Assembly (NCBI RefSeq): GCF_000143415.4 | Contig: NW_003314284.1 | Coordinates: 248,001 to 312,000, forward strand | DNA: 64,000 bases | From: Selaginella moellendorffii | Taxonomy: Eukaryota; Plantae; Lycopodiophyta | Direction: 5' to 3' | Shown: positions 1 through 11,509 of the stretch, piece by piece | Position numbering within the stretch: position 1 is the stretch's first letter | Layout of the letters: every line of letters begins with the position of its first letter | The notes under the pieces: generated by a model | Told to the model about the DNA's origin: nothing | Databases searched by the model: none | Seen by the model: only the letters and a program-made list of their open reading frames with translations | Translations under genes and position numbers: made by a program

Positions 1-1018
1 AGAGATGGTTTGCTGCCCCAGTTCTTCAGTATTATTCACAAATCTACCTTGGTACCTGTTAATGGCGCTGTAACAACGGGGACGATAGCGGTGTTTGTTT
101 CTGTGTTTATGGACATCAGTCAACTATCCGAAATGGTAAAGTTCTAATATCTTCGTCGCTTATAATTGTGTTGCTATAGGTGAGTGTTGGAACACTAATG
201 GCTTTTACTTCTGTAGCACTTTGCGTGCTCATCATAAGGTACTCACCGCCTCACTCAGCGGTCCACCTTCCAGTATCCATTTCTGTAGAAACAACGAACA
301 CTCCGCCGACCACCTCAAATGACGTGGACATCTCCAATGAGAACGAAGAACGAGAAGAGCCGGAAGAAAATGACGCACCTGAGGGTTGTTCTATCGATCT
401 GAAAAATCCATTGCTTGACACTGAAGAAATCTATGGTAAGCTCAAATCAATCAATTCCATTTACAAAAATCTTTCTTTTGTATGTAGCGACCAAAGGTAA
501 ACAAGGAGTGGCCGGATGGAGCATTTGTATATTTGTGCTCGGAAGTCTCATCCTCAGCCTATTCTTATCTATGGCCATTTTTCCTCGGTAAGCTTTCTTT
601 TTTGCTTACATATGAACAAATTCGAGTGCTCGCTTCAGCTGGCTGCAAATTATTGGTGGGACGATTGGAGGTTTACTTTTCGCTGGCGGAGTAATCGTCC
701 TCTCCATGACTAAACAAGACGAATCTCACCGAACTTTTGGAAATCCTGGAGGTACGCTACGAATTTCTAGATAGAACTAACAGCATGTGGTGTCCTTCAG
801 GATTTCACTGCCCGCTTGTTCCTTGGCTGCCAGCCGCGTCTGTTTTTGTCAACGTCTACCTCCTCGTCAATGTGGGGTATGGGATTGAAGTTGCTATACA
901 ATTGGAATTCTTTCTTTGTCGAGTGATCAGTGCAGCGACATGGATTCGAGTTTCAGTATGGCTTGTCTTGGGCGGCCTCGTCTACATTTTCTACGGCATT
1001 CATCACAGCATACACTAG
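1..1018 (+). CDS. Cationic amino acid transporter (APC/CAT family), 3' part, multi-exon
   Basis: Exons read RDGLLPQFFSIIHKSTLVPV..MDISQLSEM|VSVGTLMAFTSVALCVLIIRY and the C-terminal FHCPLVPWLPAASVFVNVYLLVNVG..TWIRVSVWL..YIFYGIHHS motif; GT-AG introns; 5' end lies outside the window. Confidence 0.9.
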
Positions 1019-1495
1019 AAGGAAAAGATATAATAAACGTGTGGTAAAGTTCTCTTTCTTTTTTTCAGATGGCTTAAAAATGATTGTTACAGGAACTATT
1101 GAGAGTCGAGGCTTTTTCAACTCTATTGAGGTACCATACCATTGGTTTTCGGCATCTCTTTGAGTATCTATTCACCGAGAACTGGACACAACACCAACAC
1201 GGTGCAGTTTGTCCAGAGCTTTACAAAACAACACTGAAGGTGCCATTTCTGACAGTGAAAGTTGCCAACCGAGAGAGATCTAGTTTTCATCAAGGAAGAT
1301 CACGAGCAGCTGCAACATGACTTCTTTGAGTTCGATTAATAGTAATAGCGTATATTGCGGTTTTAACCGTACTGGCACCTTTGATCTGGTTTAAATGTAT
1401 AATAAAAGCGCATATCTACTTTGCCCTAAATCAAAACAAGCAGCATGCATCTTTTTGGCGGGTAGATCCGTCCATTTCTACGTACAGTGGCAGAC

Positions 1496-3141
1496 CTTGC
1501 TGACTTGGTGACCGAGATCACCAGCTATAAGTACTTCCTCACCACTGGGCCATGGCAGTCGGGTAAAAGTCGTCGCTTGTGTACGCTCTAGCTAGCGCGG
1601 CCTTGGACAAGGGATTCTTGCCCGTCGTCACCTCTATCACCCAGCCCATAGTCGCTGCTGCTGCCGCCTGCGACACCACCAAATCGGACAGGGACGCTGC
1701 CAATGAGTTCTTCGACATCTTGACGGAGGATCTGGTCGATAACAGCCGTGGAGGATTGCGTCGCTTGCCCCATGGAGGCTTGAGGGGCCTCTTGCAGACG
1801 CTCAGCTCGACTACAGATGGAAGGGAACTTATCTGGTTTATCGACGAGGCTTAAGATAAGGAGCTCTGTGTTAAACACATTACTGGCCGAGTTGAGGATA
1901 TGCAAGGAAGGGTCCGTGGCAAGGTACCTTAGCAGCTTTGTGCTGGTGGGTCGACCGCAGCTCCGCGACCTCCTGGTGTGAGCCGGGCAGCTGGCAAGAA
2001 GCAGATCTCCCCTTGCCTTGGAGATGGTCAGGTCGGCCGATTGTCTTGGGATCGAGGACGTCCAGTACATGCTACTCGAGTACTCTCAGGAGTATCACGT
2101 ATCCTTCAGCTCCAAACTCACCTCTCCAGACGGGGCAGTCGGGAGGGTCAGCAAGTCGATCCTGGGACTAACGGGTGGTCACAAGGGGATGACAGTTAGC
2201 TGCTGCGAGTATCTCACATGCAACGGTATCTTGACGGCTGAAGAGTGGGATCGCCATGTCAGACTTGGGGCATGTCTCCAGATACATTTTCTACTCGAAG
2301 CTGTATCGCCACACACTTTCAAACATCTCCAGCTACAGCGAGGGTACCAAGCAAGTCATTCTAGAGTGCGTGCAATCTGGATCAGGCTCTACCTTTGTAA
2401 GAGGCTTGTGGCCTCTTCGACCTGCTATTGATGACGGGGTGCTGCAAGTCTCTGGAGACTGCATGGAGCTCAGCCCCAGCTTGTTATTGAGTGCTATCCT
2501 TGAGGATTGCTCGCTTGCTTTGGAAACACTGCCCTGTGAAGCTGATTCCTTCAACGAGGCTGTTCAGTTGGCTTTTACCTACATTGAAGCCAGATTGTTT
2601 GATGGGACCAGAAGTCATGAACAGTAATGGTCATCTATTGAAGTGCATCTTGCGAAGCGAATTCCTATTGGCGCTGAAGTTTGTATTGGACAACGCCTTC
2701 ACAAAATGTAAGTATACCATTTCGGTGGAAGCGAAGCAGCAGAATAATGGCCAAAGAAGGGCACATGTGGATTTTCTCGTCAAAAATGGGGGTTGGCCTT
2801 CCAAAGGCTTCAAGATTCAGTGCCTGGGAAGTAAGAAGTCTATTGCAGATCACATTAGCAAGTCGGATAGGTATAGACTTCTTTATGGCAGTGAGATGCA
2901 CTACGTTTACTTTGTTGTGGGGCCATATGATCTTGAAGAAGTCAAATCTACTATCAAGTTGGAGAATGCAAAGTATCTGCTTATCAAGAGCTGGTTAGTG
3001 CAGTTCTTGCTGCAGGAAAAGAAGTGGAGTACTGAGCAATTGGAAAAGATTGATGACGATAAGAGTGGTTGGTTGTCTGTGAAGCTAGATGTTACAACAA
3101 ACTTTCCCAGGTTTTTGTTTTGTGCAAGGCCTTCTCTTTGA
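1496..3141 (+). pseudogene. Decayed P-loop NTPase + PD-(D/E)xK restriction-endonuclease-fold gene (Crinkler/CR-effector-like architecture)
   Basis: Walker A YFLTTGPWQSGKS (GPWQSGKS at 1547-1570); frameshift into SLVYALA..; Walker B ELIWFIDEA then TAA at 1852-1854; FVLVGRPQLRDLL and LTGGHKG; C-terminal SVEAK..RRAHVDFLVKNG..GFKI..SIADHISKSDRY. Several frameshifts and stops. Confidence 0.65.
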
Positions 3142-3469
3142 TCGAAATGTACCAAGATCACTTCCAAGCCAAGGAAGAGAGCTCCAACTCTCTCTTTTCA
3201 TCCTTGCTAACAAAGCGACTCCCAAGAAAACTCATTGCCACCCTCCTCATCCCCTCGATCACTACTGCGGCCGGTGCCACTGCCATTGCCGTGGTTACCA
3301 GCGGGAGGAGTATCGCCATCAATCACTGCGAAGTCGATGATGTTCTTTCAACCTCCTCACCATGGAGCGGTATAATGGCAATTCTTGATGCCCGCCGGGT
3401 TTTCAACCCAATGGAGAAGCACAGCAGTGTGTCGTGGATGACACTTAAACTGGGCTATTCGATGAGCTT

Positions 3470-3599
3470 TCGAAGCTCTTCGTAGGGGGTCTTGAATGGG
3501 TAAGACAATTAAGTTGTAGAGAAACAATTGGCCTTGCTTGAGAGGACACTGCTGTGTGGCCATCGAACCAGGGAGTTCTTAATTGCTGGATCCAATGCC
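3470..3599 (-). pseudogene. Laccase/multicopper oxidase exon relic
   Basis: Minus strand: acceptor cag| then H(W)IQQLRTPWFDG, frameshift, TQQCPLKQGQLFLYNL, then YPFKTPYEE. Resembles laccase HGxxQxRTxWxDG..TQCP..GQxFxYNF, with the splice site where plant laccases have an intron in HW|HG. Confidence 0.6.
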
Positions 3600-4167
3600 T
3601 GTGATGCAAAGTTTTAGAATGTGCTCCTCGCAGTGGGCTGGGTGTGGTAAAGGAATTGCTATCGAAATTCTGGATAGATTTGCTGTGCAAACACCCCAAG
3701 AGCATTCTATACGATGTCATATCAGAACCCTTTTTTATTAGCTTTCATAGAAAAAACAGGCAAAATTCTAAAACTTCGGCATATTTGCAAATAGGGGCTT
3801 TATGCAATTTTCAAATTTTAGGTATTTCGTCAGGAAAATAGCAAACTTAAATCGTGGACGAGAGCTGATAATGAACGTGGAGCGCGCGGACAACATGAAG
3901 AAGCACTGAGTAGGATGAATCGCACTTGCTCTTGCAAAGTAGGATGAAGCGAACTGGAGAATGGAAGCCATAGCATTTTATTATCAGTGAATTAAAAACC
4001 TTTACATCTAAATTCTATTTCTCCAGCAATTGCATATTCCGTCTAAGTGGTAGGCGGGGGAGCGATGGGAAGCTAGGGCGGAGCTGTGTGATGGCGCGCC
4101 ACAGATCTACCAGATCCTCCATGTAAGCGATGGCTAGGGTTTAGATCGCAGGGGATTTCTATCAGCC

Positions 4168-7100
4168 ATGGGGGAAGCTGCGGATTCTGAGGCGACGGAT
4201 GCAGTGGCGGAGCCGCGGCTAGGGCTCCCCAAGCTCATCGGCGCGGCGCTGGACCGGATCGTCAAGAACACGTCGTGGCGTGGGCACGGCAAGCTCGTCC
4301 AGGAATGCAAGGCCGCGCAGGAGCGCCTCAATGCTCCCAGCGCCAAGGAGAATGGCAATTCCACTGCAGCTGCCGCCGCAGCTGCCGCCGCCGCCGCGGG
4401 ATTGGAATCCTCCAAGTTCCACGCCAGGGCTTTCGAGAGCTTCCTCTTCGACGGGCCAGTGTGCTACAATGCCAGCTCCGCCGAGCTCATTCTACAGCCT
4501 CTCGTCACTGCCTGCGACAGCCAGTCGGCCAAGTTGGCAGATCCAGCGCTGGATTGCATCCAGAAGCTCATCGCTCACGGCCACTTGCGGGGAGAGGTGG
4601 ATGCCGAGAGTGGATCTGAGTTTTTGGTGCTCGTCCAGATGATGGACAACGTCTGCAAGTGTCACGAGCTGGGTGACGAGCAGATCGAGCTCCTGGTTCT
4701 CAAGACGCTGCTCACGGCTGTGACCTCGACCACTTTGCGAGTCCATGGAGACTGCTTGCTCAAGGCCGTCCGGACGTGCTACAACGTTTTCCTCGGGAGC
4801 AAGGCACCAGTAAACCAGACCACGGCCAAGGCGTCGCTCACACAGATGCTGGTGATCGTGTTTAGGAGGATGGAGGCGGATTCGTCCACGGTGCCCGTCC
4901 AGCCCATTGTTGTGACGGATCTCATGGAGCCAGCCGAGAGGTCTTCTTCCGACACCAACACAACGCAGTTTGTCCAGAGCTTTATCACCAAGGTGGTGCA
5001 AGACATCGAGGTGGCCTTGAGTCCCGCTACGTCGTTCAAGTCTCTGAAGCACGACGGTGCTTTCGAGTCCACGGCGGCCACGGAGAATAGCGGGAGCTCT
5101 GATTTTCTGGAGTCGACCGACAGGGACATGCTCGACGCGAAGTACTGGGAAGTCAGCATGTACAAGAACGCTCTCGAGGGGAAAAGGGGGGAGTTTGCGG
5201 ACGCAGATTTGGACAAGGACGGGGACTTGGACGTGCAAATAACGAACAAGCTGAGGCGAGATGCGTTCCTCGTGTTCCGGGCCCTTTGCAAACTTTCCAT
5301 GAAGGTTGCTCCTCAGGAAGCCATGGATAATGTCTCGTTGCGTGGCAAGATTTTAGCACTGGAGCTTCTGAAGCTGCTGCTGGAGAACGCTGGTGCGGTT
5401 TTCCGTACAAGCGACAGGTATGGCGTTTTCTCTCTTTCTCTTTGAGTTCCTCACGATTGACGCTTTGGTTGCTGGAAATGCAGGTTTGTCGGCGCCATAC
5501 GGCAATACCTCTGTTTGTCACTTCTGAGAAACAGTGGTATACAGCTGATGAATATTTTCCAACTATCCTGCTCGATCTTTATGAGTCTGCTTTTGAGATT
5601 CAGAGCAGGACTCAAGGCTGAAGTGGGTGTTTTTTTTCCGCCGATCGTTCTTAGAGTGCTCGAGAACGTGGCTCAACCAAACTACCAGCAGAAGATGATA
5701 GTCATTCGGTTCCTAGATAAGCTTTGCGTGGACCCGCAAGTTCTCGTCGACCTGTTCGTTAACTATGACTGCGACGTCGATTCCCACAACATTTTTGAAA
5801 GGTATGCCTCGATTGAATTCATGTTCTTCGCTGATAATTTGCTATTTTCTAGGCTGGTAAATGGACTACTTAAAACTGCTCAAGGTGTACCTCCGGGCGT
5901 GGAGAGCAGTTTGACTCCTATCCAAGATGCCGCTATGAAGCTTGCTGCAATGAAATCTCTTGTTGGCGTGCTACGATCGATGGGGGACTGGGCCAACAGG
6001 CAGCTTAGGTTGTCAGATGCAGCCTACCTGAGAAGTTTGGATCAAACTGACAGCACCAGTGAATCTAATTCCGTTGGTCACAATGGTTTTGAGGAAAATG
6101 GCGATGGTGCTGAGTCTCGCGTCTCCGAAATCTCTTCAGAAACGTCTGAAGTGGCAACTTTTGAGCAACGGCGTGCTTACAAGTTGGAGTTTCAGGTACT
6201 GAAGTTCTATGCTTCTTATCATATTCTCACGCTAGAAAACTGCAGGAAGGCATTTCCCTTTTCAATCGGAAGCCTAGCAAAGGCATTCAGTTCCTGATTA
6301 ATGCCAAGAAGATCGGCGATTCGCCGAAGGAGATAGCAGGATTTTTATTAAGTTCAACCGGCCTGGACAAGACTGTTATCGGAGACTATCTGGGAGAAAA
6401 TGACGAGCTGCCTCTAAAGGTTATGCATGCCTACGTTGACTCCTTCAATTTCCAAGGAATGGAGTTTGACGAGGCCATCAGAATCTTTTTGCAAGGATTC
6501 AGACTTCCAGGAGAAGCACAAAAAATTGATCGTATCATGGAGAAGTTTGCAGAGCGATACTGCAAATGTAATCCCAAGGCCTTTACCAGTGCGGATACCG
6601 CCTACGTGCTTGCATACTCTGTTATTCTACTGAACACTGACGCACACAATCCGATGGTTAAATCCAAAGTAAGTATACTGTTTTCCTTTTACTTCTGCCA
6701 ACGGTTAACTGCAGATGACAAAAGCGGAGTTTATGAAGAACAACCGGGGGATTGACGATGGAAATGATCTACCCGAGGAGTTTATGAGTGCTTTATACGA
6801 TCGTATTGTTAAGTGCGAGATAAAGATGAAGGCCGACAGTCTTGTCCCAACAAACAAGCCTACAAACAGGATACTCGGCATCGAGAGTATTTTGAACATC
6901 GTTATTCGTAGGCCCAAGGAAGACAGACTGCAGGAAACGAGCGATGATATTATAAAGAACATGCAACAGCAGCTGAAAGAGAAGGCTGGCAAATCGGGGT
7001 AAGAGCTTTTCTTTTTCTTATATTTCTGAGAACTTATTTGAACTTTCTTGCAGCTCTGTCTATTACTCACCGTCTGATGTGGAGATCTTAAGGCCCATGG

Positions 7101-10032
7101 TCGAAGTTACATGGGCTCCAATGCTTGCAGCCTTCAGTGTTCCACTGGAGAAGAGTGAAGACGAAGTTATCACTTTTCAGTGTCTCGAGGGATTTCGATA
7201 CGCAATCCGCGTTACTTCTATTATGTCTATGCGGACAGAGCGCGACGCATTCGTGACTTCGCTAGCGAAATTCACATATCTTCATTCGCCCGCTGATATA
7301 AAACAGAAGAACATAGACTCTATTAAGGTATTTTTTCTTTCTCCTCTTTTCATACTCATAATGTAATTCCATGCTGCAGGCGGTGATATCCATTGCTGAT
7401 GAAGATGGAAACTATCTACAGGAAGCCTGGGAACACGTCCTGACGTGTGTTTCTCGCTTTGAGCATCTCCATCTTATTGGTGAAGGCGCTCCTCCTGATG
7501 CCACCTTTTTCGCCGCCCCGCAGTCCGACTCCGACAAAACAATGCAGCTGAAATCGCCTGTCCTTCCTGTGCTTAAGCGGAAATGGCCTGGACGAATGCA
7601 ATATGCTGCTGCTGCCGCAAGAAGAGGATCGTATGAAAGTGCTGGAGTTGGAGGAAATTCGGCTGGGTCTGTTACTGCTGAGCAGATGAACAACTTGGTT
7701 TCGAATCTCAACATGCTGGAGCAGATTGGCAGCTTCGAGATGAACAAGATATTTACCCGCAGCGACCGATTGAACGGCGAGGCAATTGTGGATTTTGTAA
7801 AAGCGCTTTGTAAAGTTTCGATGGAGGAGCTACGATCTCCAACTGATCCTCGGGTATTCAGCCTCACCAAAATTGTTGAAATATCGTAAGTAATCTGTGG
7901 CTTCTTTCTGGTCTCAATTTTCTAAATTACGCTTTTTGCAGGCATTTCAACATGAACCGCATCAGACTCGTTTGGTCGCGAATCTGGAACGTTCTCTCCG
8001 ACTACTTCGTCACGGTTGGGTGTTCTGACAACTTGTCCATTGCAATGTATGCAATGGATTCATTGCGTCAACTGGCAATGAAGTTTCTGGAACGTGAAGA
8101 GCTGGCAAATTACAACTTCCAGAACCAGTTCCTGAAACCTTTTGTTGTGGTTATGCGGAAGAGTAATTCTGTTGAAATTCGGGAGCTGGTGATTCGCTGC
8201 GTGTCGCAAATGGTTTTTGCGCGCGTTAAAAACGTGAAGTCTGGCTGGAAGATTATGTTCATGGTAAGTTTTTCTCATACCTCGCATGCACAAGCTGACT
8301 GTCATTTTCTAGGTGTTTACCACGGCAGCTACAGACGAGCACAAGAGTATGGTGCTTCTGGCTTTTGAGACTATCGAAAAAATTGTCCGGGAGTATTTCT
8401 CGTTCATCACGGAGACAGAGACGACAACGTTCACAGACTGTGTTAACTGTCTCATCGCTTTCACAAATAGCAGATTCAACAACGACATCAGCCTGAATGC
8501 TATTGCATTTTTGAGGTTCTGTGCGCACAAGTTGGCGGAGGGCGAGCTTGGTGCATACGTAAAGAAGGAAGATCGCGTGGCAAATGGTGATATGTCTGAA
8601 CCGACTTTTACTGATCGGGATGATGATTTGCATTTTTGGTTTCCCTTGCTAGCAGGTAAGTTTGTTTTTTCCGTTGATTGTGGAAGGTGTCTCATACTTT
8701 CTGTGTTTCGATCTTCTCTAGGCTTGTCGGAATTGACATTCGATCCTCGGCCTGAAATTCGCAAAAGTGCTTTGGAAGTGCTTTTCGATATATTGCGGTC
8801 GCACGGACATATGTTCTCTCCAGCGCTCTGGGAGCGAGTCTTTGACTCGGTTCTACTTCCTCTCTTTGATTATGTCAGGCGAGCAATCGAGCCCTTACAA
8901 GCAGCGGAAGATGATCACCCAGAGTTTGAAATGGATGCGTGGCTGTACGAGACTTGTACCCTGGCCCTGCAGCTTGTGGTGGACTTGTTCGTAAAGTTCT
9001 ATCCGGTGGTCGCCCATCTGTTAGGGAGAATACTGCTGCTACTTACGGGCTTTCTAAAGAGACCGCACCAGAGTTTGGCTGCAATTGGAGTAGCCGCGTT
9101 CGTGAGGCTGATGAGTCACACAGGGCATTTATTCACGGATGAGAAGTGGGACGAAGTTCTTGCCGCACTGCAAGAGGCCGCCGAAGGCACTCTCCCAGAT
9201 ATGAGCAAAGTTATGGAGTGCCTGGAAGATATCGAGCTTCAGAAAGCTATTCAAGGATATAAAACAGAGAACGATGCCATGGCCGAGGAAATGACTAGAC
9301 TCCAAGCAGCACTCTCGGACTACAAGTGCAGAACTGCTGTCCAGCTTCTCTTAGTTCAGGTACTAAATCAGACTTCCATCATTCTCTTTGCTCATGCCTT
9401 TCTTCGCTTTACAGGCTGTTAACGAATTGTTTACGAACCACGGCAGTCGCCTGGCAGCGTCTCACAGCATGCTTCTCCTGGACACCCTTCACGTTGTGGC
9501 CGCGCATGCACACAACGTTAACAGTGACATCGCACTCCGAACGAAGCTGCAGCAAGTGAAGGTGGCAACGCAGCTGTCTGATCCCCCACTACTGCGTCTG
9601 GAAAGCGAGTCATACCACGCCTACCTCAACCTCTTGCAGACTCTATCGGTCTTGAAGCCCGAGCTTGCAAAGGACGCGGAAGTGGAAGGTCGCCTGGTGG
9701 AACTGTGCGAGGAGGTGTTGCAAGTGTACCTCTGTACCGCAACCGGTGTTGCCGCTGCTTGGGACTCCGGCGACAAGAGTAGTGCTCAGCCTCTCTGGTC
9801 GATTCCGCTCAGCTCGTCTAGGAGGCGTGAGCTGAGTGCCCGTGCTCCTCTCGTGGTTTCCACGCTTCAAGCTGTCGGCGGACTGAAGGAGTCATCGTTT
9901 GAGAAGCACCTGCTCAGATTTTTTCCGCTGCTGGCAACGCTGATAGCTTGTGAGCACGGCTCGGAGGAAGTTCAAGTGGCATTGAGCGACATGTTTAGCT
10001 CCTGGATCGGCCCGATTCTTTTGCAAGCCTGA
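4168..10032 (+). CDS. BIG: Brefeldin A-inhibited ARF guanine-nucleotide exchange factor (BIG family, Sec7 domain)
   Basis: DCB/HUS N-terminus ([33 protein letters not shown]), Sec7 motifs [17 protein letters not shown] and [15 protein letters not shown] region ([24 protein letters not shown]); multiple short GT-AG introns. Confidence 0.97.
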
Positions 10033-10134
10033 TGATATCTTTGGAGGTATATTTTTGTTTATTCTCTCGTAGCTAACCAATTCGTCTTTGCTTTCCCAAG
10101 GCTAGAGCATGATAAAAGCTGGTAACTAGAAGTT

Positions 10135-11040
10135 TTAAACAGTGGAAGACGCATGTTCTACTGAGCATAAGCCAGGTCTGGGACAGCCCCGTGCCATTGG
10201 CATGGACAAGTTTTTGGCAGACCTGAAAGTTCTTGGGATGAACTTGTCCACGTACAAGGTCCCTGCGAGATGGTCGCATTCGTGCTGGAGGATTCGAGCC
10301 TGCCAGCCGGAAGCGTCCACTTTCAATGGCCTGCCTTCGCGGTCCAGTCCGGTGACTTCCACGTCGAGGTGCCTCTCCACCATCGCCCGGAAGCCATGAA
10401 CGCTGGCAGCAAAAGAGCTCGCAGGGAAGAAAGATCAGCGGCAGAAAGTAAAGTTTGGACGAGATCACCTGAGACATCCTTCAAAGAACCTGGCAGTGGC
10501 ACTGGTGGTGGGTCTGAGGATGGGATTGATGATCACCTGGGCAGATATATGAGCTCCCGAAGAAAAGGAAAGGATTGGACTGGAACTTACCAGGAGCTCG
10601 AATGGCTTTCGCTGCTGGGAAAGAGCCTCGTCGCGGGAAACGTAGCTGATATACTCGGCGGTGTCCTCGAGCACAATTATCTGGAAGAGAAGAAGGGAAG
10701 GCATGGCAACCTGGAGCTATCGGCCTACCTGGAGAGGAACTCCGATCTGGGGAGCGGCCAGACCCACGGCCGGTGCCTCCCGCATTGCATCAATCAAGCC
10801 TTGGATGGTGTTCTGGACGGTGTCGCTGCTCACCTCGGAGTGTAGCACCTCTCGCGCGGCCTCATGCAAGACAGGGTCCCCGGCCTGGACGATTTCGAGC
10901 TTGGGCGCCTTGCTCTTGAATCCAAACAGGCTCCGACACTGGAATCTCCTTCTCACCTCGGCTCTCCTCACGCAGTGGTGGACGCGCAGTGGTGGTCTGA
11001 GAGTTGGCAGTGGTGTGGCTGGACTCCAGGCAAGCGCCAT
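10135..11040 (-). CDS. PDF1A: Peptide deformylase, organellar (PDF1A-like)
   Basis: Transit-like N-terminus, [23 protein letters not shown](S) and QHECDHL metal motif across 4 exons. Confidence 0.92.
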
Positions 11041-11509
11041 TTCTTTTATCTTCTTTGCTTTGCTACATTGTTGACTAGTGGAATTTAACTCTTGTTGTTA
11101 ATCTATACAATCTATCATAATATCTATTAAAGAGTATTTACACTTTATAGAAGACGAAATGAAAGGTGGTAAGCCGTTCGAGGCTTGTTTGATTGAGGCT
11201 TTGCTTTTTCTTCTTTCTTTCTCTCTATCTTTCAAGCGCTCGTTTGAAGCTATGTACAGGAATCAAAGCGCAGGCACCAGCCTGTACCCGACGTATGTAC
11301 ATAAGAGAAAAGGAAGAACTCTCTCAGCAGAGGAGAGACGAGAAGAAGCTCAGGGAGGAAAATTTTGGCTGGTGGTAGCAGCAGCAGCAGCAGCAGCTAG
11401 CGGGAATTCTTCGCAGATCTTCGAAAGTTTGTTTGTTCCTTCTTCCGGAAGCCCAGGCGATGGAAGTCGTCGACGAGTTGGCGGGGGAATAATATATACA
11501 CAGCGCCCC

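Noticed and set aside
4366-4397. (GCN)n tract encoding poly-Ala in BIG
   Set aside because: Ordinary coding microsatellite in a variable linker.
11378-11397. (GCA)n repeat downstream of ACR
   Set aside because: Short simple repeat; the overlapping ORF 11159-11563 has no recognisable features.
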